From NCBI GenBank assembly GCA_017601225.1, contig JAFNIX010000004.1:68507-132506 (forward strand): a stretch of 64,000 nucleotides of DNA, given 5' to 3'. The translations under genes and the position numbers were made by a program. This document shows, piece by piece, positions 37,735 through 47,656 of the stretch. How positions within the stretch are numbered: the first letter of the stretch is position 1; each line of letters opens with the position of its first letter. Origin of the DNA: Candidatus Brockarchaeota archaeon. GTDB taxonomy: Archaea > Thermoproteota > EX4484-205 > JAAOZP01. The notes beneath the pieces are model-generated. The model was given only the letters and a program-made list of their open reading frames with translations. It made no database searches and had not been told where the DNA came from.

Positions 37735-38877
37735 TTGGAGAAAATTAACATTTCCTTAATTGGTTGTGGAGGCATGATGGGGGCACACGTAAACGGGCTT
37801 AGGCAGTTGTATTCAAGAGGACTAAGGGTTTTTGAAGTGAAGGCTGTTTGCGACGTGAAGGAGTCTCTTGCAAGGGAGAAGGCTAAGCTGGTTGCAGAGT
37901 TCCAAGACTCAGAGCCAAAGGTTTACACGAATGTTGAAGAGATGCTAAGGCACGAAAGCCTCGACGCTGTAGACATAGCTCTGCCTCACAACGTGCACCA
38001 CACGGTTGCAAATACTTGTCTGGAACAAGGGCTGGATGTGATCATAGAAAAGCCATTGGGAATAACAATGAGGGCTGCGAGGAGTATCTTGGAGAAAGCG
38101 AGGAAGAATAATAGGGTACTTGCTGTTGCCGAGAACTATAGGCGGACCCCTGAGAACAGAGCAATTTACTGGGCTCTGGAGCAGGGTTTGATAGGTGAGC
38201 CGAGGATGATTGTCTGGATCTCTGCAGGATGGAACCCTGGAGCCTGGGGCTGGAGGGAGGATAAGTATGCTGCAGGAGGAAGCTGGGTTTTCGACGGCGG
38301 AGTCCACCTGGCGGATTTGGACAGGTACCACCTTAGAAAGGAAGCAGTAGAAGTATACGCTGTCCAAAAGACCTTTGAACCTGTTAGAGACGGGGTTAAA
38401 GTTACTGTTGACGACATGACGATGGCAATAATCATCTACGATGGAGAAGTTTATGCACAGTGGCTATGGACAAGAGCCGCTCCAGGAAAAGCTATAAACC
38501 TAAGGACGATATACGGTTCTAAAGGCGCCGTAGGAAACGATGGCCTTTTCATTCAGAGGGAAAACTTTATTGAAACCCAGAGCATGAACACGCTTGTAAG
38601 TAGAATGTTTGAAAGACTCCAGCCTGAAGAAAAAGCAAAATGGTTCCCGAAGGATATAACTGACACTATTGCCACGGAGCTCTATGATTTTTACGATTCT
38701 GTCATGAACCATCGGCCCCCGGAGGTTGATGGCGTCGAGGCTTACAGGGATATGGCAATACCCTTAGGATTTTACGAATCAGCCCTTCTTAAAAAACCAG
38801 TGAGCGTCAGAGACGTGGAGGAACTCCGGATTGAAGAATATCAGAAAGAAATAAACGAGAAGCTTGGAATCTCTTAA
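37735..38877 (+). CDS. Gfo/Idh/MocA-family oxidoreductase
   Basis: ISLIGCGGMMGAHV Rossmann N-terminus and the EKPLG motif. TTG start. Confidence 0.8.
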   Translation: MEKINISLIGCGGMMGAHVNGLRQLYSRGLRVFEVKAVCDVKESLAREKAKLVAEFQDSEPKVYTNVEEMLRHESLDAVDIALPHNVHHTVANTCLEQGLDVIIEKPLGITMRAARSILEKARKNNRVLAVAENYRRTPENRAIYWALEQGLIGEPRMIVWISAGWNPGAWGWREDKYAAGGSWVFDGGVHLADLDRYHLRKEAVEVYAVQKTFEPVRDGVKVTVDDMTMAIIIYDGEVYAQWLWTRAAPGKAINLRTIYGSKGAVGNDGLFIQRENFIETQSMNTLVSRMFERLQPEEKAKWFPKDITDTIATELYDFYDSVMNHRPPEVDGVEAYRDMAIPLGFYESALLKKPVSVRDVEELRIEEYQKEINEKLGIS

Positions 38878-38973
38878 ACAATACGCTAGGAACCAGTGAC
38901 ACAGTTTAGTAGGTTGCGTAAAAATGCTTGCTATTAGAAAATGTTTAATACTGCTTGCCACCCGTCCCTCGTC

Positions 38974-39909
38974 ATGACCAGGATGCAGGCCCAGAACCCT
39001 TTGAGAAGCTATTGTCTAATCCCGGCGACTCTAACACCTATGACGAAGGATTTCGAGGTTGATTATGATCAGCTTGAGGATTACGTGAGGTGGCTGGTGA
39101 AACACGGTATTGGAGGGGTTGCTGTCAACGTTGACACTGGAGAGGGACCTCATCTTTACCCTGAGGAACGTGTAAATATTCTGAAAGCCTTCTCCAAGAT
39201 TGTAGCGGGAAGAATACCTGTAATCGCCGGGCTACATGCTCGAAACACCATGGAAGCGGTTAGACTAGGATTGGAAGCCAAGGAGGCCGGTGCAGACGGA
39301 TTGCTCGTCTTCCCGCATCCAGCTTTTGCAGGCGAGCCTAATGACATCGTAATCTACAACTATCACTTGGAAATATCTGAGAAAGTCGGTTTACCAATGA
39401 TCCTTTTCCAACTGCAACAGGCTTTAGGCGGCGTAGACTTCACGCCTGAAACACTGTTAAAACTCGCAAGTATTAAGAATGTGATAGCGATTAAGGAGGC
39501 TTCTTTCGACGCCAGGAAGTTCGTCAACGTTGTTCACACTTTGAAGAAAGCAGACAGGAAGATAATGATCCTCACGGGTAATGATAACTTCATATACGAG
39601 TCTCTGGTGCTTGGTGCGGAAGGCGGCCTACTGGGCTTCGGGACAATAGCTGTAGAGCAGCAGGTTGAAATGTTCAACCTTTTCGCTAAAGGCAGGCTAA
39701 CTGAGGCTAGAGAAATATGGGAGGAGCTAATACCCTTGGAAGAAGTCATTTTCGCTCAGCCAGTTAGAGACTATAGGGCGCGCCTCAAGGAGGCTCTTGT
39801 AATGATGGGAGTATTGAAAACATCTTACGTTAGGCCACCTTTGCAGCCAGTGTCCGAGAAGGATAAGGAAGCCATAAAACAGGCTTTGAAAAGCCTGAAG
39901 CTACTCTAG
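38974..39909 (+). CDS. DapA / N-acetylneuraminate-lyase-family class I aldolase
   Basis: LIPATLTPMTKDFEVDYDQL, GIGGVAVNV.TGEG, IAIKEAS (Schiff-base Lys context). The ORF opens at 38941; ATG 38974 or 38983 is more likely. Confidence 0.7.
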   Translation: MTRMQAQNPLRSYCLIPATLTPMTKDFEVDYDQLEDYVRWLVKHGIGGVAVNVDTGEGPHLYPEERVNILKAFSKIVAGRIPVIAGLHARNTMEAVRLGLEAKEAGADGLLVFPHPAFAGEPNDIVIYNYHLEISEKVGLPMILFQLQQALGGVDFTPETLLKLASIKNVIAIKEASFDARKFVNVVHTLKKADRKIMILTGNDNFIYESLVLGAEGGLLGFGTIAVEQQVEMFNLFAKGRLTEAREIWEELIPLEEVIFAQPVRDYRARLKEALVMMGVLKTSYVRPPLQPVSEKDKEAIKQALKSLKLL

Positions 39910-39913
39910 GGAA

Positions 39914-41113
39914 ATGGCCGGAATAGACCTGTCCGTAAACATATCTGGGGTTGAGTTTACGAACCCTCTGATCGTGGCCTCCGGGCCTCCCACGCTTTCC
40001 CCACAACAAGTTTTAAAATGTATAAGAGCGGGCGCCGCGGGAGCTGTTACTAAAACCATAACTTACGATGTGAAGCAGCAGGTTCAGCCTAAGCCGAGGA
40101 TGCTCGTAGTAAACCCGGAGGATGCTTTGAGAAACAGGTTTTACTCTTTCTACTCTATAGACTTGATGTCAGAGCATAAGCCTGAACTCTGGCTCAGGCA
40201 ACTCAGGGAAGTCAAAAAAGAGGCCAAGGCCTACGGGGGCGTGATAATAGCAAGTATTGCTGGCAGAACGTTCGAGGAATGGGAGAAACTGGCCAGGCTT
40301 GTTGAGGAAGCCGGTGTAGACATGGTTGAGCTTAACCTTTCATGTCCACATTTAGAAAAGGGCGAATTAATGGGGAGAGCCATAACCTCCAGTCCCGAGA
40401 AGGTTTCGGAAGTAGTTAAGACGGTTAGGCGAGCCACGTCACTACCTGTAATAGGCAAGTTGACCCCCCAGGGCGCGAACCCTGTTGAACTAGCGAAGAC
40501 CATGGTTTCCTCAGGAGTGAATGCTCTTGTTTCAACAGCCAGGTTTCAAGGCCTGATCGTCGACCTGGAGACCATGCAGCCTGTCTCATGGGGTGGGTTT
40601 GGAGGATATGGGGGGCCTTGGCAAATACCCATTAGCGTCGGCTGGACTGCACACATAGCCATGGAGAAGCTGGGCGTGCCAATAATAGGCTCCGGCGGAG
40701 TTTCAAAGTGGGAGGATGCGGCACAGCTTATTCTCGTAGGCGCGTCAGCGGTTCAGATCTGCACGGCGATCATGATAAACGGGTTAAAGATTATTCAGGA
40801 GATACTGGGCGGCATTGAGAAATGGATGGTCAGCAAAGGCTTTCAGAGCATTGCTGACTTCTCCGGAATCACTTTAGGCAAAATCGTGCCCCTAGAGAAG
40901 CTTGAGAGAAGAAAACGGTTCCAGCTTCACATCGATTCTGAGAAATGCGTAAAATGCGGCCTCTGCATAAGGGTCTGCCCCTACAATGCTTTAAACGCTG
41001 AAAACGCTTCAAGCATCCCAGAACCGGATCAGGAGAGATGTGACAACTGCGGCCTCTGCCTATCCATATGTCCGAGAAGAGCGATCCGCTTCGAAGAGGG
41101 CAGTGGGGAATGA
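39914..41113 (+). CDS. Dihydroorotate/dihydropyrimidine dehydrogenase-like flavoprotein with C-terminal 2x[4Fe-4S] ferredoxin (PreA-like)
   Basis: FTNPLIVASGP and ELNLSCPH motifs, plus CVKCGLCIRVCP and CDNCGLCLSICP. Confidence 0.7.
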   Translation: MAGIDLSVNISGVEFTNPLIVASGPPTLSPQQVLKCIRAGAAGAVTKTITYDVKQQVQPKPRMLVVNPEDALRNRFYSFYSIDLMSEHKPELWLRQLREVKKEAKAYGGVIIASIAGRTFEEWEKLARLVEEAGVDMVELNLSCPHLEKGELMGRAITSSPEKVSEVVKTVRRATSLPVIGKLTPQGANPVELAKTMVSSGVNALVSTARFQGLIVDLETMQPVSWGGFGGYGGPWQIPISVGWTAHIAMEKLGVPIIGSGGVSKWEDAAQLILVGASAVQICTAIMINGLKIIQEILGGIEKWMVSKGFQSIADFSGITLGKIVPLEKLERRKRFQLHIDSEKCVKCGLCIRVCPYNALNAENASSIPEPDQERCDNCGLCLSICPRRAIRFEEGSGE

Positions 41114-42183
41114 ACGATTCCTCTGGAAACGGCCGTTGGATTCATCCGCTTTGCCACCCGCTTGAGGCAAGCAAGAACGGACCCTTTATCACCCTCGACG
41201 ACGACACTTTAATGACTATAGATAGTGAAGGATTAAAGATAAGCAGTGATGAGGGGAGAACATGGTCTCCACCATTATCTACTCTTCCGGGGATAAAGAG
41301 CGAAGAACCCGGTTCACACTATATTCTGCAGACTAGGAACAAGACTATCGTAACTATCTACTTGGATTTCACAACCTACAGGTTTAGCTGGAACGATGAA
41401 AAAAGTGAACCTGGCGACGACTGTAAGCTTGAACTTTGGGCAGCCCGCAGCCTAGACGGTGGCAAGACTTGGATTGATAAGCAAAAGCTTTTAGAGGGTT
41501 TTAATGCCAATTTCTTCGGATTCATCCAGACTAGGAGCGGGAGGATCGTAGCCACGGTTGAACACTTAGCTAGAAACCCTGGGCGCCTAGTAGCCTGCTC
41601 CCTGATTTCAGATGACGAAGGAAAAACGTGGAGAAGAAGTAACTTCATCGATCTCGGCGGGCGAGGCCACCATGATGGGGCTATGGAGCCTACTGTAGCA
41701 GAGTTGAGCGATGGACGTTTACTCATGCTCATAAGAACAACCCTGGACCGCTTCTGGGAGGCTATTTCAGAGGACGGAGGAGAATATTGGCGTATCATCA
41801 AGCCCAGCCGGATAGATGCGAGTAACTCTCCGGGATACTTGCTGAGGCTTAAGAGTAACCGTCTGGTTCTCGTTTGGAACCGTCTAAACCCTGAGGGAAG
41901 AGTATGGGAGAAGGCTAAACCTGGACCGGCTTCAGAGAGACCAGTGTCCTGGCACAGGGAGGAGCTCTCAATAGCTTTCTCTGAGGATGATGGTGAAAAG
42001 TGGACTAAACCAGTGGTTATAGCAAGGCAGAAGGATGGACAGTTAAGCTATCCCTTCGTGTTTGAGCGTCGCCCCGGTGAGCTCTGGATTACTGCAGGCT
42101 TTGCCTTTAAAAAAGGATGGTGGGAGCCGCTGCCACTTAGGCTTAAGCTGTTCGAGGATGAATTTTTAAGGGGAGCATTGTAA
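41110..42183 (+). CDS. BNR-repeat beta-propeller (sialidase/GH33-like fold; catalytic identity unproven)
   Basis: Five SxDxGxTW-type repeats: SSDEGRTWS, SLDGGKTWI, SDDEGKTWR, SEDGGEYWR, SEDDGEKWT. ATG 41110 overlaps the upstream TGA (ATGA). No signal peptide, and I saw no RIP motif. Confidence 0.6.
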   Translation: MNDSSGNGRWIHPLCHPLEASKNGPFITLDDDTLMTIDSEGLKISSDEGRTWSPPLSTLPGIKSEEPGSHYILQTRNKTIVTIYLDFTTYRFSWNDEKSEPGDDCKLELWAARSLDGGKTWIDKQKLLEGFNANFFGFIQTRSGRIVATVEHLARNPGRLVACSLISDDEGKTWRRSNFIDLGGRGHHDGAMEPTVAELSDGRLLMLIRTTLDRFWEAISEDGGEYWRIIKPSRIDASNSPGYLLRLKSNRLVLVWNRLNPEGRVWEKAKPGPASERPVSWHREELSIAFSEDDGEKWTKPVVIARQKDGQLSYPFVFERRPGELWITAGFAFKKGWWEPLPLRLKLFEDEFLRGAL

Positions 42184-42285
42184 AACATACCCTATAATCA
42201 ACCCACTGGCAGTCATTCCACCTTGTGCCTTTGGTCAAGCAGAAAAAGTTAATAGAAGCAGAAACATGAATCTGTTCGATGGGAA

Positions 42286-43773
42286 ATGAAGAGCACTAAA
42301 ATAGGTTTGACAATGCTTCTAGACGAGAGGAAACACGTTTACCCAAATTACTATGAGAAATGCTACAGGGTTGTTGAAAACTGGGCGAGGTTCATCAGAG
42401 ACTCGATAAAGTTTTCAGACGGCGGCTCCCCGGAGACAGTGGTTTCATCAGAACTCGTAAACTCGATAAATTCCGCAAGGAGGGTTGGAGAGGAATTTCT
42501 AAGCAAGGGGGTTAGACAGGTCATCCTAGTATTTAACGTTTGGGATTTTCCATACCTGGTTTGGCCTTTCGTCAACACTTTGGGGAAGGATAAGCCAATA
42601 CTCAGCCTATCGAACAATGAGGGCAAGTACCCTGGCAACGTTGGCCTTCTCGCCACAGACGGTGCGCTTAGGCAGGCTGGTTTCAGAACGCACAGGATTG
42701 TTGGGGATCCTGAAGACCCTGCAGTGAAGGAGAAGGTGAAGAGGTGGGTTATGGCAGCAATAGCTGCAACAAACATTAGGAACGAGGTTTACGGCATGTA
42801 CGGCGGGCATTCAATGGGGATGGAGACAGGCTACTTCCACCTAGTCCCAATACAGAGGTATTTCGGAACCACTGTGAGCCAGGTGGACCAGTTACTCCTC
42901 GTTGAGAAAATGAGGGAGATAGAGGAGCAGGAGGTGGAGAAAGGCTTGAGATGGATGGAGGATATGATTGGAGAAATAAAGTATGACGGTAAAATGCTTA
43001 CGAGGGAAACGCTTGGGAAACAGATAAGAATGTATCTTGCCGTAAGGAGGATAAACGAGGAGATGGGGTTCGACTTCTGCGGTATAAAGGGGCAGAGAGA
43101 GCTTTCAGAACACGTGGTGATTCCCGACGTCGCCGAGATGCTGCTTAACGACCCTTATGACTGGAACGGATTGAAGGAGCCAACGGTATGTGCCACTGAA
43201 GCCGATTCTTTCGCCGCGTTAACCATGCAGATACTGAAATATGTTAGCGGTGGGCTGCCTGTCCTCTTTATGGATGTTCGGCTCTACCATCCTGAGTTAA
43301 ACGTGTGGGATTTCTGTAACTCGGGGAACCATGCGAGCTGGTATGCTTCAAGAAGCTTCAACCCGAAGGATAATCTGAGAAAAGTTACGCTCTACCCCGC
43401 ACTAGAACTCTACTTTAAGGCTGGAGGTGCCTCCGTCTCGTTCGACGCTGGCCCGGGTGAGCTGACTTTCGCTAGGCTGGGTTTATTTAACGATAAGATT
43501 TACATGATAATAGTTAAGGGCGAGAGCATAGAGCTTGACGAGGAAACAAGACGGAGGATAAACTCGGAAACCGATCCCACATGGCCCCATGTACATGCTA
43601 GGCTGAAATGTTCGTATGAAGAGTTCATAGAAATGTTCCCAGCTAACCATATTCACGCCGTGGCAGGGGATCGTGTTCAAGAATTAAAGTACTTCTGCGA
43701 AATAACTGGCGTAACACCAATAATCCTAGGGGAGGAAAAAATTTCAAGACCTATATGGGACATCCTTAAGTAG
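42286..43773 (+). CDS. L-fucose/L-arabinose isomerase-family protein
   Basis: 495 aa. The overall pattern, including FMDVRLYHPELNVWDFCNSGNH, resembles FucI-like sugar isomerases. Confidence 0.55.
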   Translation: MKSTKIGLTMLLDERKHVYPNYYEKCYRVVENWARFIRDSIKFSDGGSPETVVSSELVNSINSARRVGEEFLSKGVRQVILVFNVWDFPYLVWPFVNTLGKDKPILSLSNNEGKYPGNVGLLATDGALRQAGFRTHRIVGDPEDPAVKEKVKRWVMAAIAATNIRNEVYGMYGGHSMGMETGYFHLVPIQRYFGTTVSQVDQLLLVEKMREIEEQEVEKGLRWMEDMIGEIKYDGKMLTRETLGKQIRMYLAVRRINEEMGFDFCGIKGQRELSEHVVIPDVAEMLLNDPYDWNGLKEPTVCATEADSFAALTMQILKYVSGGLPVLFMDVRLYHPELNVWDFCNSGNHASWYASRSFNPKDNLRKVTLYPALELYFKAGGASVSFDAGPGELTFARLGLFNDKIYMIIVKGESIELDEETRRRINSETDPTWPHVHARLKCSYEEFIEMFPANHIHAVAGDRVQELKYFCEITGVTPIILGEEKISRPIWDILK

Positions 43774-44882
43774 TGAATAAGTCTTCTTTCTCCAGTTATT
43801 TTTATAAACAGGCAGGGATATCTACAATTATGAAGGCCGAGTACGACCCTTTAAAAATATTTTTAGAAAAGTATGAGAAAGAGAATAGGATTTTCTCCTT
43901 TGATGCCAAAGATCTTTCAGATTGGAAGTCTTGGCGCCTAGGCTTCAGAAGGAAGCTTACTGAGCTTATCGGGCTTGACTTCTTCGAACACGCAGAGATT
44001 TCGCCCAAAACAGTATACAGAAAGCATTATAACGGCTATGTTAGGGAAAAAGTAATCTTGAGAAGCGACCCCTACACCCTAATACCGGCATACGTGCTGT
44101 TTCCAGAGAATTGTGAAGAACCCCTTTCCGCGGTAGTGGCTATGCATGGACATGGTTACGGCAAGGATGACCTAGTCGGCATTTGGGAGGATGGAACCGA
44201 TCGTTTAAACCCATCATCCAGAGGATACCAGAAGGATTTCGCGCTGGAACTGGTTAAACGCGGGCTGCTTGTAGTAGTCCCAGAGCAAAGCGGTTTTGGA
44301 GAGCGCAGAAATAAGGAAGACATTGCAAGGGGGAGTGATCAGAGCTCATGTAAACTGCTTTCCCTATGGGCGTTAATGATGGGGACGACAACCATAGGTC
44401 GAAGAGTATGGGACGCTATTAGAGTGGTGGACTATCTTTTCACCAGGGGTGATGTTGACCATTCAAAGATAGGCATGATGGGAATATCTGGAGGAGGGGC
44501 TACGACGCTTTTCACAGCAGCGCTGGACGATAGGGTTAAAGTCGTGGTGATAAGCGGTTACGTGAACACCTTCAGGAGCAGCATACTGGCAGTTGACCAT
44601 TGCATAGACAACTATGTGCCGGGAATACTTCGGTATGGAGAGATGTATGATGTGGCAGCTCTAATCGCACCAAGACCCTTGCTAGTGGAAAGTGGTTCTA
44701 AAGACCCGATATTCCCGGTGGAAGCTGCTAAATATGCTTACGAGCAAATACGCAGAGCCTACGCCTTGCTTAAGGCAGAGGACAGGCTTGAAGCAGACTT
44801 CTTCGAGGGAAGGCATGAGATAAGTGGAAGAAAATCGTACGAATTCATGGTTAAATGGCTGAATGAAACCCTGATTACATAA
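43773..44882 (+). CDS. Alpha/beta hydrolase (acetyl-esterase / dienelactone-hydrolase-like)
   Basis: GISGGG nucleophile elbow, an AMHGHG segment and a C-terminal SGSKDPIFP. The GTG start overlaps the upstream stop by 1 nt; ATG 43830 is an alternative. Confidence 0.55.
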   Translation: MNKSSFSSYFYKQAGISTIMKAEYDPLKIFLEKYEKENRIFSFDAKDLSDWKSWRLGFRRKLTELIGLDFFEHAEISPKTVYRKHYNGYVREKVILRSDPYTLIPAYVLFPENCEEPLSAVVAMHGHGYGKDDLVGIWEDGTDRLNPSSRGYQKDFALELVKRGLLVVVPEQSGFGERRNKEDIARGSDQSSCKLLSLWALMMGTTTIGRRVWDAIRVVDYLFTRGDVDHSKIGMMGISGGGATTLFTAALDDRVKVVVISGYVNTFRSSILAVDHCIDNYVPGILRYGEMYDVAALIAPRPLLVESGSKDPIFPVEAAKYAYEQIRRAYALLKAEDRLEADFFEGRHEISGRKSYEFMVKWLNETLIT

Positions 44883-44986
44883 TGCTAAGCTGCTGGTTTC
44901 AACGAGTAGCATACCCTCTGGCCTCATTGTTTCCAGCAAAAAATTAATTACTTCATTCAGCTATTTACCAAAGGGTGAAGAATAGT

Positions 44987-45781
44987 ATGAAGGTATGGAT
45001 TATGACGGATCTTGAAGGAGTTGCAGGGGTTTTCAGCTTCGACGAGCACGCGAGTCCCAAGGGCAGATGGTACGATCTCTCCAGAAAACTCTTGACTCAA
45101 GAGGTAAATGCTGCTGTCGAGGGTGCATTGGAACAGGGGGCTAAAGAGGTGCTGGTGGTCGACGGCCACGGTTGGGGTGGGGTGAACATAGAGGAGTTAA
45201 ACCCGGAGGTGAGGCTTCTTTCAGGCAGACCCCTATTACTACCATGGGGCTTGGATAAGGGTTTTGACGCAGCCTTCATGATTGGGCAACACGCCATGGC
45301 GGGCGTGGAGAATGCGCATTTGAGCCACACGGAGAGCCATACTGCTATTCAAAACGTTTGGATAAATGGGGTTAAGGCTGGCGAGATAGCGATAGTTGCC
45401 GCGGTAGCAGGGTATTTCGATGTTCCACTGGTTTTAGTCACTGGGGATAAAGCTGCATGCCTGGAGGCGGAGTCGCTGGTACCCGGGTTGGAAACAGTGG
45501 CTGTGAAAGAAGGGTTGAGCCACGGGGCGGCGGTAAGCGTCACACCGGTTAAAGCGAGGATAATGATCAAGAAGGGGGCTATGAATGCTCTGGCTAGGGC
45601 TAGCAGCATACCACCATACAAGGTGAAAAAGCCTGTCGAGTTAGTTGTCGAGTTTACGGAGGAAAGTAAGAGCTCTGCTGAAATGCTGTCTAGAAGAAAG
45701 GGCGTAAAAAGAATCGACACTAGGACAATAAAAATTGAGGAGAACGATCTGCTTGAAGCCCTTAAAAAATGGTGGATGTGA
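44987..45781 (+). CDS. M55-family (DppA-like) D-aminopeptidase
   Basis: MKVWIMTDLEGVAGV start, VVDGHG, and GQHAMAG....LSHT. The ORF opens at GTG 44975. Confidence 0.7.
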   Translation: MKVWIMTDLEGVAGVFSFDEHASPKGRWYDLSRKLLTQEVNAAVEGALEQGAKEVLVVDGHGWGGVNIEELNPEVRLLSGRPLLLPWGLDKGFDAAFMIGQHAMAGVENAHLSHTESHTAIQNVWINGVKAGEIAIVAAVAGYFDVPLVLVTGDKAACLEAESLVPGLETVAVKEGLSHGAAVSVTPVKARIMIKKGAMNALARASSIPPYKVKKPVELVVEFTEESKSSAEMLSRRKGVKRIDTRTIKIEENDLLEALKKWWM

Positions 45782-45822
45782 ACATTGCAGCGAGTAAAAA
45801 AGCCATCATCAAAAGCCTTAAT

Positions 45823-46467
45823 TCAAAGATCCTGACGCATTGCTGTTAGAAACGGATTTGTTTTCTTCTCCCTCGCGATCGTTGACGATGGGCCGTGACC
45901 CGGGTATATCTTTGTATCATCAGGAAGAACCATGAGTCTTCTCCGGATGGAGCCCATGAGTTTCTCGAACGAGCCGCCAGGCAAGTCGGTCCTTCCAACT
46001 GAACCCGCGAAAAGAGTATCTCCCGTAAAGACGGCAAGCTGGTCGATCAGCGATATGCTTCCCTCCGTATGACCGGGCGTATGCATAACCTTAAGACGAA
46101 TCTTCCCGAAAACTATCGTGTACCCATCTGTTAAAGTTACGTCAGGGGTAATGGGTTTAAGTTGAAAGTCGAATAGTGCCCCGAGTCCCCGCGGGTTCAT
46201 TAGCATGTGAGCATCATCCTTATGAATTAAGACTAACGCGCCGGTCTCCCTCTTAAGCCATTCATTCCCCGAAGTATGGTCCGGATGCCAATGCGTGTTT
46301 ACAATATACTTGATTTTTGCACCATGCTTATCTGCTTCACTCATAATCGTCTGAAGCTCCTTTTCGGAAGCAAACCCGGGATCTATTACAAGGGCTTGCC
46401 GTGTTTCCCGGCAAATGAGAAGGTAACAGTTGGTTTGCAACCGTCCGACTACAAATCTCTTAATCAT
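45823..46467 (-). CDS. MBL-fold metallo-hydrolase (glyoxalase II-like)
   Basis: NTHWHPDH motif, HTPGHTEG, and GDTLFAGSVGRTD. Confidence 0.8.
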   Translation of the reverse strand: MIKRFVVGRLQTNCYLLICRETRQALVIDPGFASEKELQTIMSEADKHGAKIKYIVNTHWHPDHTSGNEWLKRETGALVLIHKDDAHMLMNPRGLGALFDFQLKPITPDVTLTDGYTIVFGKIRLKVMHTPGHTEGSISLIDQLAVFTGDTLFAGSVGRTDLPGGSFEKLMGSIRRRLMVLPDDTKIYPGHGPSSTIAREKKTNPFLTAMRQDL

Positions 46468-46588
46468 GTTGTAGAGAGAAGAATTCTTTGTTTTAAAACA
46501 TATTGTGATACACCATCCGTGAAGGAACAGGTAGACTAAAATGAGGGTTTAAAGCAATGCCGCCCTTCAGAAACTGGAATCCGCGATT

Positions 46589-47551
46589 CTAATAAACGTT
46601 TTTAACCTCTTTTTTCCTACCTATTTTCATAAGATGCTCGACCTCTGAAAGGCATTCTGGAACACTCATCGGACCCATTCTAGTTACTTTGAGAGCACCA
46701 GCAGCATTAGCGAATTCGAGAAGCTCCCTCAGCCTCCAATTCTTCAAGTAGCCGTATATTGCTGCAGCATCGAAAGCGTCTCCAGCTCCCGTGGGGTCAA
46801 CCTCTGGAACAATATATGCAGGCTCAAAAACAGTCTCCTGTCTACTTATACCTATAGAACCTATCTCACCGGTTTTCACTATCAAAAGTTTAACCCCGTA
46901 CTTGAATATTTCTTTTGAAGCCTCATCCAGATTCCTCTTACCGGTTAAGTCAAACAGTTCAGCCTTAGAAGGCATAACGATCTCAGCAGCCTCCAAAACT
47001 TTCTTAGATATTTTACTTATCATCGAAGGCTCTATCAGCTCAGCTCTAAGATTCGGATCGTAAGTAATTATAATGCCCGCCTTATTCGCTATCTCAACAG
47101 CCTTATAGCAGGATTCCCTTATTTCCTCCCCCATGGAGAGTGTGGAACCCATGATGTGTAGAACCTTAAACATTTTCACAAAATCCTCGTCTACATCCTC
47201 CGGCTTTATTCTAGCGGCTGCAGAATGCTTTAGATTGAACACGAACCTCCTACTACCGTCGGAAAAGTATGTTACAAAGGCTATTCCAGTAGTGTATTCA
47301 TCACGGGTAAACACGTGCGTAATGTCAACATTATCGGTAACCAGCCTTTTCCTTAAAAGACTCCCGAAATCATCGTTTCCAACAGCACCTATTATGGCTG
47401 ATTTCAAGCCGAACCTGGAGGCAGCATCCACGAAGATCGCGGGAGCACCGCTTGGATACGGACCAGCATATTCACCGGTCTCATAGTGAGGCATATCTCT
47501 TCCCTTCCTTACGAATTCGACAAGCATCTCGCCGATAGTCAGAACATCCAT
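46589..47551 (-). CDS. PfkB-family sugar kinase (2-keto-3-deoxygluconate-kinase-like)
   Basis: DPTGAGDAF motif and an N-terminal GE.LVEF pattern. 320 aa. Confidence 0.8.
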   Translation of the reverse strand: MDVLTIGEMLVEFVRKGRDMPHYETGEYAGPYPSGAPAIFVDAASRFGLKSAIIGAVGNDDFGSLLRKRLVTDNVDITHVFTRDEYTTGIAFVTYFSDGSRRFVFNLKHSAAARIKPEDVDEDFVKMFKVLHIMGSTLSMGEEIRESCYKAVEIANKAGIIITYDPNLRAELIEPSMISKISKKVLEAAEIVMPSKAELFDLTGKRNLDEASKEIFKYGVKLLIVKTGEIGSIGISRQETVFEPAYIVPEVDPTGAGDAFDAAAIYGYLKNWRLRELLEFANAAGALKVTRMGPMSVPECLSEVEHLMKIGRKKEVKNVY

Positions 47552-47656
47552 CTCAGATTGTTCTTGTTTAATGAGAAGCTATAATATTTTTCCTTCAAGG
47601 GTTAAGGCATAGAATTACAGTTTGGTCCTTGAAAAAAAGGATTTGTAAAGGCTTAA

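Noticed and set aside
41110-42183. Calling the BNR protein a bona fide exo-alpha-sialidase
   Set aside because: Five Asp-box repeats are clear. However, I could not find the N-terminal RIP motif or other sialidase catalytic landmarks, and there is no signal peptide. I downgraded it to a BNR propeller of sialidase-like fold.
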